From Candidatus Woesearchaeota archaeon (GTDB lineage Archaea > Nanobdellota > Nanobdellia > SCGC-AAA011-G17 > UBA489), in the NCBI GenBank assembly GCA_016177265.1, contig JACOVP010000020.1, forward strand, positions 1 through 41,238: DNA of 41,238 bases, read 5' to 3'. Under the pieces are notes generated by a model. It made no database searches. It had not been told where the DNA came from and saw nothing but the letters and a program-made list of their open reading frames with translations. Of the stretch, positions 8,652 through 19,700 are shown in pieces (the first letter of the stretch is position 1; every line of letters starts with the position of its first letter). The position numbers and the translations under genes are program-made.

Positions 8652-11093
8652 TTATTGTCTTCCAGCCCTCCTCAGGTAGATTTCGAAGAGGAAAACAAGG
8701 AGTGCTAGGAGAATGAATGGCCAGCGATAGTACCAGCGCTTGAACACGGGTCGCTCTGCCTGTGTTTTCACTGCTGCAATGATTTCTGCAATCTGGTCTT
8801 CAGAAAACAGTTGGCCACCCGTTGCCTTCGTAATCTCTTCCAGCTCAGAGTTAAAACCAATCCCTTCTAGCTCTTTGTTATAGTTGACTGCAAACTCCGT
8901 GCCTAAAATGCTCTGGAATCCCAGCTGTGTTGGGGTGAGCATAGCAGCATATAACTGGTCATCCCGTTTGTAAAACGTCAATCCTTCAGCAATCGGTTGT
9001 TGTTGTGCCTTGACTTTTACTTCAGTGCTGCGCTTGATATTGGTGTCTTGTACTGAAACATAATACTCGCTTTTCCGCTCAGGATCGCCAATCAGCCAAT
9101 TCAATGTTCTGGTATAAAGCAAAGAATTTTCTCCATCGAGCAGTTCTCCCCCCCAGGCACTGCCATCATCCGTAGCCAAAATTCCCACACGGCCAACCCC
9201 ATAGCGCCACACAGTTAATAAGGGTTCTCCAGAGTCCGTTGCCACTAAATGAGACGCAGTAGACTTGGGGATAACATTGTTGAAGCCAGTCACGTGTGCA
9301 CTCAGTTCTAAATTTTGTGTGATGAAATGTCCTTCATCGAGAACTGTAGCAGTATAAGTATCTTTGTCATTATCTTTCTCTCCACCGCCAAAAAGAACTT
9401 TGACTTTCTGTGGCGTTTTTTCTCCAGTGAAGTAAGCTCCACCACCAGCTAAAGCTATACTCTTAATGGCATCGGGACCATACATTTCTGAAGGTTGGAC
9501 AATACAATCTCCGCGAGCATTGAAACGAATGCAAGCATTGCGATCGCCTACACCTACACCATAAATTTTAATGCCTTGTTCTTGTGCTGCAGCTGCTAAA
9601 GACTTTCCGTAACCAATACCCGCTGATCTTCCATCAGAAATAAAAATAATATTTTTGCCACCGGAAACACCTTCCAACATTTTGATAGCCGCTTCAAGAC
9701 CAATAGGAATATACGAGTTGCCATATTGAGGATCCAAACTACGAATTTTTTGCATTAAATCATCACGTTTATCTCCTAACGGAGAAATTTCTGATATAAT
9801 ATAAGGCTTGTCAACAAAACCAACAAAACCAACTTGACTACTGTCTCTGATATTTTCTATAACACTTAATGCAATAGCTTTTTGTACTTGAGCATAATAG
9901 CCTTGACCATAGGAGGTTTCCACAGAACTTCTAGACAGGTCAGTCGCTATAACAATATTCACCATGCCCTCCTCTTTTTCCTCTGCGACAGCAACAAACG
10001 CGGGCAGCAGCTCCTCCAGTTTTGTTCCCTTATAATCTCCCTTGTCAAACGACGCCTCTCCGCCTATAAACAAAACCCCATTGTCATCCGAGAGGTAGTT
10101 TTTGAGCAGGGGTAAATCGAGTTCTAGAGCGCCAAAGGGAATATTATCGATCACAGCAGCATAGAAACGATTTTTGTCAAGATTCTGGAGATTAGAAACG
10201 ACTTTTACATCATACAGTTGTTGTAGTAAGGGGAGCAGTGGAGATTCTTGCTGGGTAACGAAGAGCACGGATGGTTTCGGAATAACCTTAACTGTTTTAT
10301 AATACTTATTGTTCTCTGAAAAATAACCTTGTTCATTAAGGAGCGCAGTAATGCGGTGTGCTCCCTCAGAAAAGGTCTGGGAGAAAGAGAGTTCTCTGTC
10401 ACTAGTATACACATCAATAATCTTTTTGCCATCAATATCAACAAGCACATGTTTTGCTTCTTTCGCACCAGTCCCACGAACATAAACAGTGAAGAGATTC
10501 TTAATACCAGCCGACACTTTATCAGGGCCAGTAACTATAATGGATGCATCATGCTGCTGAGGGGGGAGCAGAAGCGCATGAATGGATGCATTGACTTTTG
10601 TTGCTTGTAACACGACGCTCTGCAACTCTGGGCCAACATTGTTGTACCCATCAGTGACAAGGAGGAGATTTTTTCCCTCCTGGAGTTGCTCAAGGAGCGA
10701 ATCACTTAATGGTGTCTTGCTCTCGTCACCAATAACCTGCTTGTGCACTTTGATGTAGTCAGAAAGGCGCTCTTCAAGTCGCTCCGCAGTTTGGGTGTCA
10801 AAGACCTGGAAAGACGTGGAATTGTCTGCAAGGAGCGTAAGAGAGTAATCCCCCTTGACGAGGCGCTCTCGCAGGACAAAAGGCGATGCCAGGGCTAAGA
10901 TAATGCAGAGAAGAATAATGCTTCTGGTCAATAGGATTGTTCTGCGGCGGCGTCGGAGAAGAGGGAGATGATCTGGATGTGAGCGAACAAACGTCAAGTG
11001 CAGCAACAGAAATACGAAAAGAAGAACAGGAATAATCCAGAGAAGCATAAGGGGATTTTCAAAATAATTGGCAATACTATTGAGTGACACCAC
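8652..11093 (-). CDS. Membrane-anchored VWA-domain protein with GATase-like domain
   Basis: N-terminal TMs, MIDAS-like DNSTS and DLSRS, LLLVTDG and IIFISDG, WRYGVGRV, C-terminal TM. Confidence 0.85.
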   Translation of the reverse strand: MVSLNSIANYFENPLMLLWIIPVLLFVFLLLHLTFVRSHPDHLPLLRRRRRTILLTRSIILLCIILALASPFVLRERLVKGDYSLTLLADNSTSFQVFDTQTAERLEERLSDYIKVHKQVIGDESKTPLSDSLLEQLQEGKNLLLVTDGYNNVGPELQSVVLQATKVNASIHALLLPPQQHDASIIVTGPDKVSAGIKNLFTVYVRGTGAKEAKHVLVDIDGKKIIDVYTSDRELSFSQTFSEGAHRITALLNEQGYFSENNKYYKTVKVIPKPSVLFVTQQESPLLPLLQQLYDVKVVSNLQNLDKNRFYAAVIDNIPFGALELDLPLLKNYLSDDNGVLFIGGEASFDKGDYKGTKLEELLPAFVAVAEEKEEGMVNIVIATDLSRSSVETSYGQGYYAQVQKAIALSVIENIRDSSQVGFVGFVDKPYIISEISPLGDKRDDLMQKIRSLDPQYGNSYIPIGLEAAIKMLEGVSGGKNIIFISDGRSAGIGYGKSLAAAAQEQGIKIYGVGVGDRNACIRFNARGDCIVQPSEMYGPDAIKSIALAGGGAYFTGEKTPQKVKVLFGGGEKDNDKDTYTATVLDEGHFITQNLELSAHVTGFNNVIPKSTASHLVATDSGEPLLTVWRYGVGRVGILATDDGSAWGGELLDGENSLLYTRTLNWLIGDPERKSEYYVSVQDTNIKRSTEVKVKAQQQPIAEGLTFYKRDDQLYAAMLTPTQLGFQSILGTEFAVNYNKELEGIGFNSELEEITKATGGQLFSEDQIAEIIAAVKTQAERPVFKRWYYRWPFILLALLVFLFEIYLRRAGRQ

Positions 11094-12883
11094 TATACTT
11101 CACCTCGGAATTTCATAAGAAGCAGTTCTAGGAGCAATAAAATGCCTGCAGCAAAAAGAATCAGTTTTTCAAGACTGTATTTTGATGTTTCTGCAAATGC
11201 AGTTTCCAGGGCAGATGATGCTAAAGAGGCTTCATTACTGACAGCATCAACATCGGATTCTGTCTCATCTGCTAGAGTAACAGCAATAATTTTCTCATCG
11301 ATGGTATAGAGACCAATTTCATCAAAGAGAACAGTCGTGGTTGTTAGTTTCTTCGATGGTGTTCTAATTTCTTTCTTCGATGGTAATGATAAGATGCTTC
11401 CACTGTCAACATTGAAGTCACTAAGAGTGCCCTGCCCCGCTAAGTAGCGTATGGCATTGGTCCAGAAAATCGGATAAGATGGCTGCAGTACAAAATCACT
11501 TTCCTCCTCAATGAGGCCATAGTAAATAATCTTGCCCATGCCTAAAGGATAAACAGTCAGCACAGAGGAATTATGCGCAGTTGCAAGTATCAACCCTTGT
11601 TCATTTTTGGTCGAGAAGTAACGGCGAACGTCGCCAAAGAGAATATCTTTCGTCAATTTTGTTAGTTGCGCGATTTCGACAATCGCATCGTATTCATAAG
11701 TAGACAGCTCAAGGGGGAGAAGTTCACCATAATCAATAACATTTGACGCTGGTTCTGCATGGATAACTAATCCTTTTCCTTCTTCAACTTCTCGAGTAAG
11801 TGTGGCAAGCACATCGTTTCCAATTTTTCCTTTAATGGTATGGAGCGCATAGACATCAAATGCTCCTTTCGGTAGGGTCCTTGTCGATGTCACGGTAACG
11901 TCAACTTTGCCAGATGACTGCAGGGCCGCCTTCAGATACTTCGATTCCTTGTCCGTAATCAAGAGCACAGAAATGCGCTTTCGTTCAGGAACGCTGAGGT
12001 AAGCAACATTATCCACAAGGAAATCATCTTCTTCTGCAAGGCTGACTTCAGTAACGCCAGTGTATGTTTTAAAGGAGTAGGGTTCAATAAACAGTGGTTT
12101 GATGGATACGCTTTTAGGTTCACCATTGACGGAAAATGCCACCTGCTCTTCACGGTCGCCATAATTCTTGAAATAGACTGTGCTTGATGATTCATCAACA
12201 CGCACATCAACAATGCCTATATTATGGTGTTGCTTCTGGTCTTTCACAGAAAGGAACTCGGGCACAATGTTTTTTGCTTGCAAAGCATTTTTTGCAGCTG
12301 CAATACTGACTCCTTCTGTCGGAATAAAGTCACTCACGACAAAAACCTGTGTGTCTTCTCCTTTGACATAGTTGCTTGCAAGGGCGAGCGCATCACCGAT
12401 ATTGGATCGACCAGCAGTGACCTTCAGATGTTTCAGAAATTGTGCAGCATCGCGTTTGGAAATATCTTCCGCACCAACACGAGGCGTATTGCTTATGAGG
12501 ATAAAGGTATTTGTTCTTCCTAGCCGTTCTTGCACGAGGTCAAGTGCCTCAGAAAAACGATCATCCACTTGCATGCTGGCGCTGACGTCAAGAACAAAGA
12601 CAGCATGATCAACCAAGATGTTACTGCCAAAACTAGTAAAGGGATCAACAAAATAGAGTGCTAGCAGACTAAGAATCAACAGCTGCAGCAGAAAAAAAAT
12701 GTCGAAGCGGAAGCGTTTCAGAAAGGAGCGTTCTTTGTCGACATACCGTGACTTCATAAAGAACATCAACGAAGGAACTTCCAGTTCTTGTGGCTTTGGT
12801 CTGATGAGGTAGAGAAGAAGAAAAGGAAGCAGACTCAAAAATGCAAGCCATCCTAAAGGATTTTCCCAGCCGAGCAAAACCAT
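11093..12883 (-). CDS. BatA-like N-terminal double-TM / VWA-domain protein
   Basis: NPLGWLAFLSLLPFLLLYLIRPKP...PSLMF (BatA-like), VLDVSASM MIDAS, VVSDF, C-terminal TM. Confidence 0.85.
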   Translation of the reverse strand: MVLLGWENPLGWLAFLSLLPFLLLYLIRPKPQELEVPSLMFFMKSRYVDKERSFLKRFRFDIFFLLQLLILSLLALYFVDPFTSFGSNILVDHAVFVLDVSASMQVDDRFSEALDLVQERLGRTNTFILISNTPRVGAEDISKRDAAQFLKHLKVTAGRSNIGDALALASNYVKGEDTQVFVVSDFIPTEGVSIAAAKNALQAKNIVPEFLSVKDQKQHHNIGIVDVRVDESSSTVYFKNYGDREEQVAFSVNGEPKSVSIKPLFIEPYSFKTYTGVTEVSLAEEDDFLVDNVAYLSVPERKRISVLLITDKESKYLKAALQSSGKVDVTVTSTRTLPKGAFDVYALHTIKGKIGNDVLATLTREVEEGKGLVIHAEPASNVIDYGELLPLELSTYEYDAIVEIAQLTKLTKDILFGDVRRYFSTKNEQGLILATAHNSSVLTVYPLGMGKIIYYGLIEEESDFVLQPSYPIFWTNAIRYLAGQGTLSDFNVDSGSILSLPSKKEIRTPSKKLTTTTVLFDEIGLYTIDEKIIAVTLADETESDVDAVSNEASLASSALETAFAETSKYSLEKLILFAAGILLLLELLLMKFRGEV

Positions 12884-12936
12884 ATTCCTGTCGAGTGAGA
12901 GCTACTTTAAATAAGTTTGGGAGAAAAGAAGAAACG

Positions 12937-13212
12937 TTAGAGCAAATCCCGGATTTTTTCAATATGCTCTGCTATTCTTTGACCATTCTCTGTGAGTTTG
13001 ATAGTTTTAATGCGACCTTGCTTTTCAAAGTTGACCAGGTCAGCATCTTGCATTTGCTGTAAAATTTTAACCGCATGGGAGTAAGTGCAATCAACTTCTT
13101 TGGCAAGGACAGAACCGTAGCGATTTTTGACGCCGTTGCGTAAAGCGACTAGCATCATAGCTGGCTTTCGCCTGAAGAAAACCTCAAAAATGTCCTTGTC
13201 TTTCTTCTTCAT
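12937..13212 (-). CDS. Winged-helix (MarR-like) transcription regulator
   Basis: GSVLAKEVDCTYSHAVKILQQMQDADLVNFEKQGRIKTIKLTENG; first gene on the operon strand. Confidence 0.8.
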   Translation of the reverse strand: MKKKDKDIFEVFFRRKPAMMLVALRNGVKNRYGSVLAKEVDCTYSHAVKILQQMQDADLVNFEKQGRIKTIKLTENGQRIAEHIEKIRDLL

Positions 13213-13414
13213 GTATAACCCCCCGATGAGTGAAATACTGTCGGATAGAAAAATCCAGCATGATGAGCTATTTAAACTTTTGCTTTTGCTACATATATCT
13301 TTTAACAGAGAGGTTATAATATAGCAATAAAAGAATATACTAAAGATTATGACTTTTGCTTAATACTTTTGCACAAACACAACCTTTATATAAATTCTTC
13401 TTGCTATCAAAGGC

Positions 13415-14698
13415 ATGCTGGACATCAAATTCCTTCGCGATAATCCTCAACTCGTGAAGGAGAACCTGAAAAAACGAGGTCAATCTGAAAAAATCCCCTG
13501 GGTTGATCAGCTCATAAAGGAGTACAAAGAATACCTAGATCTCAAGCAGGAAGCTGAACAATTACGGCATAAGCGCAACATCCTCTCTCAAGACATTAAT
13601 AAATTGCAGAAAGAAGGCAAAGACATCCAGGCAAAAGTCAAGGACGTTCGTGAAATTCCAGAGTTGATTAAGAAATTGGAAGGGCGGCAAGACCAATTAG
13701 AGCAAAGCATCAACACTAAACTGCTTAGTATCCCCAACATCCTCCATAAAGCTGTTCCTCTGGGCAAAGATGAGAAAGACAATAGAGTGATCAAGCGGTG
13801 GGGAAAACCCGTAAAACCGAAGTTTGAACTCATCAATCATGCAGAATTAATGGAGAAACTGAATCTCGCAGATTTTGAAACAGCGCGCAAAAATAGTGGT
13901 CAGGGATTTAATTATTTGATAGGTGCCATGGCATTGCTAGATTTGGCCATCCAGAGGTACGGTATGGAATTTGCCATCAGGAATAAATTTGTTCCTGTGA
14001 TTCCGCCCATGCTCCTGCACCATGAAGCATTGCTCGGTGCCTTAAGTGGACTAAAAGATTTCGAAGACGTCATCTACAAGATTGAAAAGGAAGATCTCTA
14101 TCTCATCGGAACTGCAGAACATCCCCTAGTAACCATGCATCGCGATAAAACATTCCAGGAGAAAGAACTGCCTTTGAAGTATTGTGCCGTCAGTCCTTGT
14201 TTCAGGAAAGAGATAGGCGGTCATGGTGTCGACATGAAGGGTTTGTTTAGGATGCACCAATTTAATAAAGTCGAGCAAGTGGTGTTTAGCAAGCCAGAAG
14301 ATTCCTATAAGCTCATGGAGTTCATGCAAAAAATAACTGAAAAGTTCTTCCAAAGCTTGAAGATTCCTTATCGAGTTGTCGAAATTTGTTCAGGTGATCT
14401 GGGTGCAAAATTCAGCAAACAATGGGATATTGAAGCATGGTTCCCACGGCAGAATGCCTATCGTGAAATCACATCAGCAGGCAATTGCACTGACTATCAA
14501 GCTCGGGCGCTAAACATTAAATACAGCAATAAAAAACAAGAAAAACAATATGTACATATTCTCAACAATACTATGGTAGCAACATCACGGGCTATGGTTG
14601 CTATTCTAGAGAATTATCAGCAAAAAGATGGTTCGATTAAGATTCCAATAGTCTTGCAGAAATATATGTTCGGCTTGAAAAAAATACCTGCTAAATAA
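13415..14698 (+). CDS. serS: Serine--tRNA ligase (standard type)
   Basis: MLDIKFLR, N-terminal coiled coil, LYLIGTAEHP, CFRKEIG, GLFRMHQFNKVEQ, NCTDYQAR and ILENYQ motifs. Confidence 0.97.
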   Translation: MLDIKFLRDNPQLVKENLKKRGQSEKIPWVDQLIKEYKEYLDLKQEAEQLRHKRNILSQDINKLQKEGKDIQAKVKDVREIPELIKKLEGRQDQLEQSINTKLLSIPNILHKAVPLGKDEKDNRVIKRWGKPVKPKFELINHAELMEKLNLADFETARKNSGQGFNYLIGAMALLDLAIQRYGMEFAIRNKFVPVIPPMLLHHEALLGALSGLKDFEDVIYKIEKEDLYLIGTAEHPLVTMHRDKTFQEKELPLKYCAVSPCFRKEIGGHGVDMKGLFRMHQFNKVEQVVFSKPEDSYKLMEFMQKITEKFFQSLKIPYRVVEICSGDLGAKFSKQWDIEAWFPRQNAYREITSAGNCTDYQARALNIKYSNKKQEKQYVHILNNTMVATSRAMVAILENYQQKDGSIKIPIVLQKYMFGLKKIPAK

Positions 14699-14962
14699 TT
14701 ACGGTGCTACAACCTTAACACCGACGTGGAATTGGGCGCTGGCGCCTGCTTCTTGTTGGGCAGATTGATTTCGCTCTGTTTGTTCTACTAGACCTTGTTG
14801 CTGGACTACGGCATTCCCTGTCAAAGGAGTAGTCTGCTGTTGACCTTCACGAACAGCAAAGCCCGTCAGGGAACCGCTGGGGGAGTCAAAAGACTGAAAC
14901 AGGAGAAGAATGCCTGCAAACAAGAGAAGAGCTAGGCTGACATAGAGGAGTTCCCGAAACAT
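14699..14962 (-). CDS. Small membrane/secreted protein
   Basis: TM followed by SLTGFAV and LTGNAV, ending in the strand AQFHVGVKVVAP. ATG at 14962 preferred; TATA at about 14986-14993 on the minus strand. Confidence 0.65.
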   Translation of the reverse strand: MFRELLYVSLALLLFAGILLLFQSFDSPSGSLTGFAVREGQQQTTPLTGNAVVQQQGLVEQTERNQSAQQEAGASAQFHVGVKVVAP

Positions 14963-15010
14963 GGCATGAAACAAAAAAGAGAACCTTATATAGTTTCACC
15001 TTTTGTAAAT

Positions 15011-15295
15011 TACTTACTATAGACGTAAAAAAACTTATTTTATATGTGGAATACAATAAAAATACTTACTGAATACGAATAACTACTGCTAAAAATAAAT
15101 GGAATACATAAATAAACATACTATAGACGTAAAAAAACCTAATATAGCATAAAATCAAGAGTTAATTCCTTACTATAAACGTAAATTAACTGCCATATAG
15201 TGCTAGCAATCTTAAAATATACTTACTATTAACGTAATAATACTAATAAAAAGGGAAAAAAGAAGAGAATTTACCTACAAAACACGTAATTATAC
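15011..15295. repeat. Array of six ~15-bp boxes (consensus TTACTATAnACGTAA) with 52/53-bp period
   Basis: Boxes start at 15014, 15066, 15118, 15170, 15223 and 15275; copies 1 and 3 share the identical 20-mer TACTATAGACGTAAAAAAAC (15015-15034, 15119-15138). Confidence 0.85.
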
Positions 15296-15300
15296 ATAAT

Positions 15301-15309
15301 CTTTATATA
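15301..15309 (+). promoter_or_regulatory. TATA box for the HTH/surface-protein operon
   Basis: CTTTATATA about 28 nt before ATG 15337, just after the last repeat box. Confidence 0.6.
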
Positions 15310-15336
15310 GAGGAACTAGCTCTCTCCAGCCGTTAG

Positions 15337-15897
15337 ATGGAAAGGCAACGCAGAAACCCACTCAGAAAGAAAGAGGCAGAACAGGAAAAGCCAGAGAGTT
15401 TTCTCAAGAAATTGCAGACTGAAGAGCGCATTACTCTAGAACGCATCAAGGAACTGCTCCATCTGCTCCGGGCAAAATACGCACTTACCACTAGGGAACT
15501 TATCCATTTGCTCGATGATAAGGATGTGCTTGTTCCCTTCTCTATCTTTACAAAAAAACTCAGCATCCTTGAAGCTATTGCAAAATATCTCAAGGAAGAG
15601 CTGCAATTGTCGTTTCATCAGATTGGTTCGTTGCTCAACCGCAATGAACGAAATATTTGGCACACCTACAGCAATACAAAGAAAAAATATGCTGCTCGCT
15701 TATCCATAACAGCTTCACGATATTTTTTTCCACTGTCTATTTTCCAAAATAATCTGAGCATTCTAGAAAATCTAGTTGTCTATGCGAAGGACGAACTCAA
15801 TTTGTCTTATCATCAAATTGCAGTATTGACAGAACGTAATGATCGTACTATCTGGACCATGTACCAACGTGCAAAGAAGAAGGTGGCGCAACAATGA
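15337..15897 (+). CDS. Tandem-HTH DNA-binding protein (two sigma-region-4-like HTH repeats)
   Basis: Internal duplication: SIFTKKLSILEAIAKYLKEELQLSFHQIGSLLNRNERNIWHTYSNTKKK versus SIFQNNLSILENLVVYAKDELNLSYHQIAVLTERNDRTIWTMYQRAKKK. Confidence 0.8.
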   Translation: MERQRRNPLRKKEAEQEKPESFLKKLQTEERITLERIKELLHLLRAKYALTTRELIHLLDDKDVLVPFSIFTKKLSILEAIAKYLKEELQLSFHQIGSLLNRNERNIWHTYSNTKKKYAARLSITASRYFFPLSIFQNNLSILENLVVYAKDELNLSYHQIAVLTERNDRTIWTMYQRAKKKVAQQ

Positions 15898-16763
15898 ACG
15901 AGCAACTCCCGCGCTACAAGGAAGCACAGCAAGAGTTGATGAGGCAGATCCAGACGACGATGAAGAATAAAACTCTCTTGCAAGATACGTTGAAAGAATG
16001 GCAGGAGCAATTGAAGCGAGGAACAATAGATACTGCAACATACACAAACTCTATGCAGCAATTCCTGCAGGGAAGATCAGCAAATGAATGGAACAAAGTA
16101 TACGATGATCACGTCAAGAAATGCAACCAGGGATTGGTCTATTATGCAGAAAAGATCAATGAACTTGAAGCATCTGAAGAGACAAAAGGAAGCATCTGGC
16201 CAAAAGTTGGCATTGTAGCGGTTGCCTTAGTGCTCTTCTTTACCTTCCTAGCATTCAGTGATACGAAGATCACAGGTCTCTTTATTTTCGGGGAAGATGC
16301 AGGCAAGATAGTCTTTGAGGACGGATATACGCGAGAAGGAACGCGCTGGTCTGAAATCAAGGGAGACCATTATTATGAGCGTTGCCTCAAGATTAAGTCT
16401 GAAGCTGACTTCACTGCTGCTAAGGTTATGGGTAAAGTGACACGTGCAACTGAAGGGGAGAATATGCAATTTATATTAAGAAATGACAATAAAGGAGATC
16501 CCGCACAAGAAGTCGGTTCCTGTGAAGTGCGAAGCTATGAAGATGTTATAAAATCTTGTACTATAAAGAATTTAGAGCAGAACAAAGGAGATTATTGGGT
16601 TTGTGCGTCTCATCCGGAGGGAGATAAAGATCAAACCTATTTCACTATTGCCTACAGAGTTGGTGGAGAAAGAAAGACTGCATTATGGACAGGCAAAAGT
16701 TGGCAAAAGTTGGATAGATCTTCTTACACTATGAGGGTGCAGTTTATGAACGATGACGCATAA
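15894..16763 (+). CDS. Bitopic membrane protein with Cys-containing extracellular beta domain
   Basis: Helical N-terminus, TM VGIVAVALVLFFTFLAF, ITGLFIF motif, four Cys in the C-terminal domain; ATGA overlap with the HTH gene. Confidence 0.75.
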   Translation: MNEQLPRYKEAQQELMRQIQTTMKNKTLLQDTLKEWQEQLKRGTIDTATYTNSMQQFLQGRSANEWNKVYDDHVKKCNQGLVYYAEKINELEASEETKGSIWPKVGIVAVALVLFFTFLAFSDTKITGLFIFGEDAGKIVFEDGYTREGTRWSEIKGDHYYERCLKIKSEADFTAAKVMGKVTRATEGENMQFILRNDNKGDPAQEVGSCEVRSYEDVIKSCTIKNLEQNKGDYWVCASHPEGDKDQTYFTIAYRVGGERKTALWTGKSWQKLDRSSYTMRVQFMNDDA

Positions 16764-19700
16764 GTCATTGAAGAAGAGATTAGTATTTTTTCTTAGTTTG
16801 GTAAGTTTGGTATTCTATCCGCAAATAAATATCGCAGAAGAAAATGTTCCACAACAAATCCAGATGCTGGAGACAGTGAAAAATGATGGTCCTACTACAG
16901 CAGACAATGAGATTACTTTTACTGGACAATGCAATGGACAAGATACCAAGCTAATTATATGTCGAAGCTCAGCGACACTCTGTGACATGGGGACGCTTCC
17001 AGGTGACCTGCTTTGTCTATCTGCTAGAACAAATGAAACGGAGAAATCATGCTCCTATACACCAACGCTAGAGGAAGCTGGTGAACATGCAGGATATAGT
17101 GCAACGTGCTGTGATCTACAAGAGAAATGCGCTGAAAATCAAACAACAGTGGACACATGGGTAATCAATGCACAAAATTCATTAATTATAAAAGATGATA
17201 ATGGTTTGCAAGTTCCAGCTGCTATTGAACAACAAGACACTTCTACCATACTCTCATTCACCAGCCAACCAATAGTCAAGATAACATTCACGAATTTGGA
17301 GGGTAATCAGATAGGACTTAGTCAAACAACTAGAGGGATTATCCCTCCAGAGGGTGTAGAATTTTCTAAAGTCTACGGCATTGATCTTGAGCAAGTCTCC
17401 TTTACAGAAGCAACACTCTATGCAACGGCAGAGGGCTCATCATTATATGTCTGTAAATTTTGGGACTTCACGTTAAGCACATGTATTGGATCTTGGGAAG
17501 CAGTCAAAAAATTGAATCAAAATGAAGAATATACATTCAACCTGCAAAAAAGTTCATTCGGATTTGCTGAAACAACAACCAGTCAAGAGCAGATCGTGGA
17601 AAGAGAAGAGCCATCAAAACAAATAACATCTCCACCTAAACAAAAAATAGAGGAACAAACATCGATAGACCCAGAGCTTCTTTTAGAGCCGATAAAAGAG
17701 GCACAAAATGAACCATTCCCAGTGGAAATAGGGAAAGTATCTAGCAATGGACCAATAGCTGCAGGTTCTCTCATAACTTTTACTGGAAGCTGCACCGGAG
17801 AGAATACTAGACTTTTACTTTGCAGATCAACAGCTACTTCTTGTGGTCTAAATACGCTCCCTGGAAATATTATTTGCCTGTCCGCAAGAACAAATGAATC
17901 AGAAAAGTCTTGTTCTTACAGCGCTATAGAAGAAGATCTTGGTGAACATAAGGAAGATACGGCTGTATGTTGTACAGAAGAGTATGGATGTACTTCTAAA
18001 ATCATCTTGATAGAGCCATGGACTGTGACAGCTCCTCCAGAAATAATACGGGAGGAAGCAAAAGAATCTGAGGAAGACATTCAAGAACAAGCAGAAATCA
18101 ATAAGCCAGTCAAATGGATCAAGAGGGTGCGATATCTTGAAAACGCTAGCAATGTCACGGTCAAAATTCACCCACGCGCAGCAGACATCAAAGTGCACAA
18201 GGTTGCCAATAAAGTGAAGGAAGAGCTCAAGCTAGACAAATGGGAGAAAAACGAAAGACCACAAGAGACAGAAATACTCATCAAGGAGCCAATTCAACAA
18301 GCAGACATTGAGTACAGCACTGCTCCGCCGACAATTGCTGAAGAGGTAATCAATGACTACAAAAAGAAGGTAGTTATTGGTTCTGATATTCACTATACTA
18401 ATATTCTTGCGTATATTGACATTCATGAGGCACAACAAAACCGCATCAGACTCTATCATGTGCAAAATGAGGCTAAAACGCCCGTGCAGATTACAGAATA
18501 TCAAGATACTAATAAAAATGGATTGATCGATAGAATAATGTGGGTTGTTCCAGGACTCAGCACAGAAACATATATCATAGAGATTACGAAAGCAGATCAT
18601 CTTGATAACAATAGGGAATTCATCTCGGACATTTATGAAGAAGTTCGTGAACTTGATGGGAACTGGAGTGAAACAATTCCTAATCAGCATTATGTAAGAG
18701 TTACTTTCGAAAAAAATCTTACAAATGAGAACGATATAACTGTTTATCCAAGGATTGTTTCAGGGAATCCAAGAATTGAGATATATGAAGTGAATGGCAA
18801 TGATATAATCGCTGAATTTACTTCATTGAGTCAAAACCAATACAATAAAGTCTTGCTAACGAATCTGCAGGGAAGCCAGGACACGTTTGATTTAAAAGTC
18901 CAGGGTGGAAGTTTGCAGTTTGACCATATTGTTGATCCTCCAGCAAAAATAGTCGACAATAGTTTTGGCTGCGATAAGACAAGCATTCAAGTCGGAGAAA
19001 CAACGAATTGTACCGGAGACTATGGGAATGCTGGTGACTCTTTTTTAACAGCCTGCAGTCTTCAGATCAACAACGAAATTACTCTCGAATTCTCTAATGT
19101 TTGCGGCGCTAACAACCTAAGAGTAAGCGCTATTGATGTAAGTCAGGCGAGTGCCGCAAGTTGTACTGACAACGGCAATGGCACTGTCAACTGCGTCAAC
19201 TGGCCCAGTACCGCCGACAACGTAGTGATTAACTGGACGCTAGAGGGTTGTGCCGTTTCTACAGCAAATACGCTCGACACAGAGAGTGTAGATTGCAATG
19301 ATCAGTTTAATAATAATGCGCTAGATATTGAAGTTACTGCTGGAGCAGATACAACTCCGCCGACATATTCTAACATAGAGTTTGATCCGGCTAATGCTTC
19401 AAGCTATTCGGTCACGCAATACTATGAGTTCAACGTAACATGGACTGATAATGTGCAGATAGATACAGCATACATAGTATTTGACGATGTGAATTACAGT
19501 GCTGGCGATATCTATAATTTATCAAGCGTGTATTCATTCAACAGAACAGGACTTTCTGTTGGAAGAGAGCACAATTATACTTGGTTCGCTAATGATTCTA
19601 ATGATAATGAAAATCAAACAGAATTGCAGTCTTATACGGTTGTTCAAGCAGAGCCAGGCGTCAACCTCACCTTAGACGGCAATGATGCCAACCTTACAAT

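Noticed and set aside
15011..15295. Canonical CRISPR array
   Set aside because: Repeats are only ~15 bp and degenerate, spacers are uniformly AT-rich, and there are no cas genes nearby. Kept as a phased-repeat finding instead.
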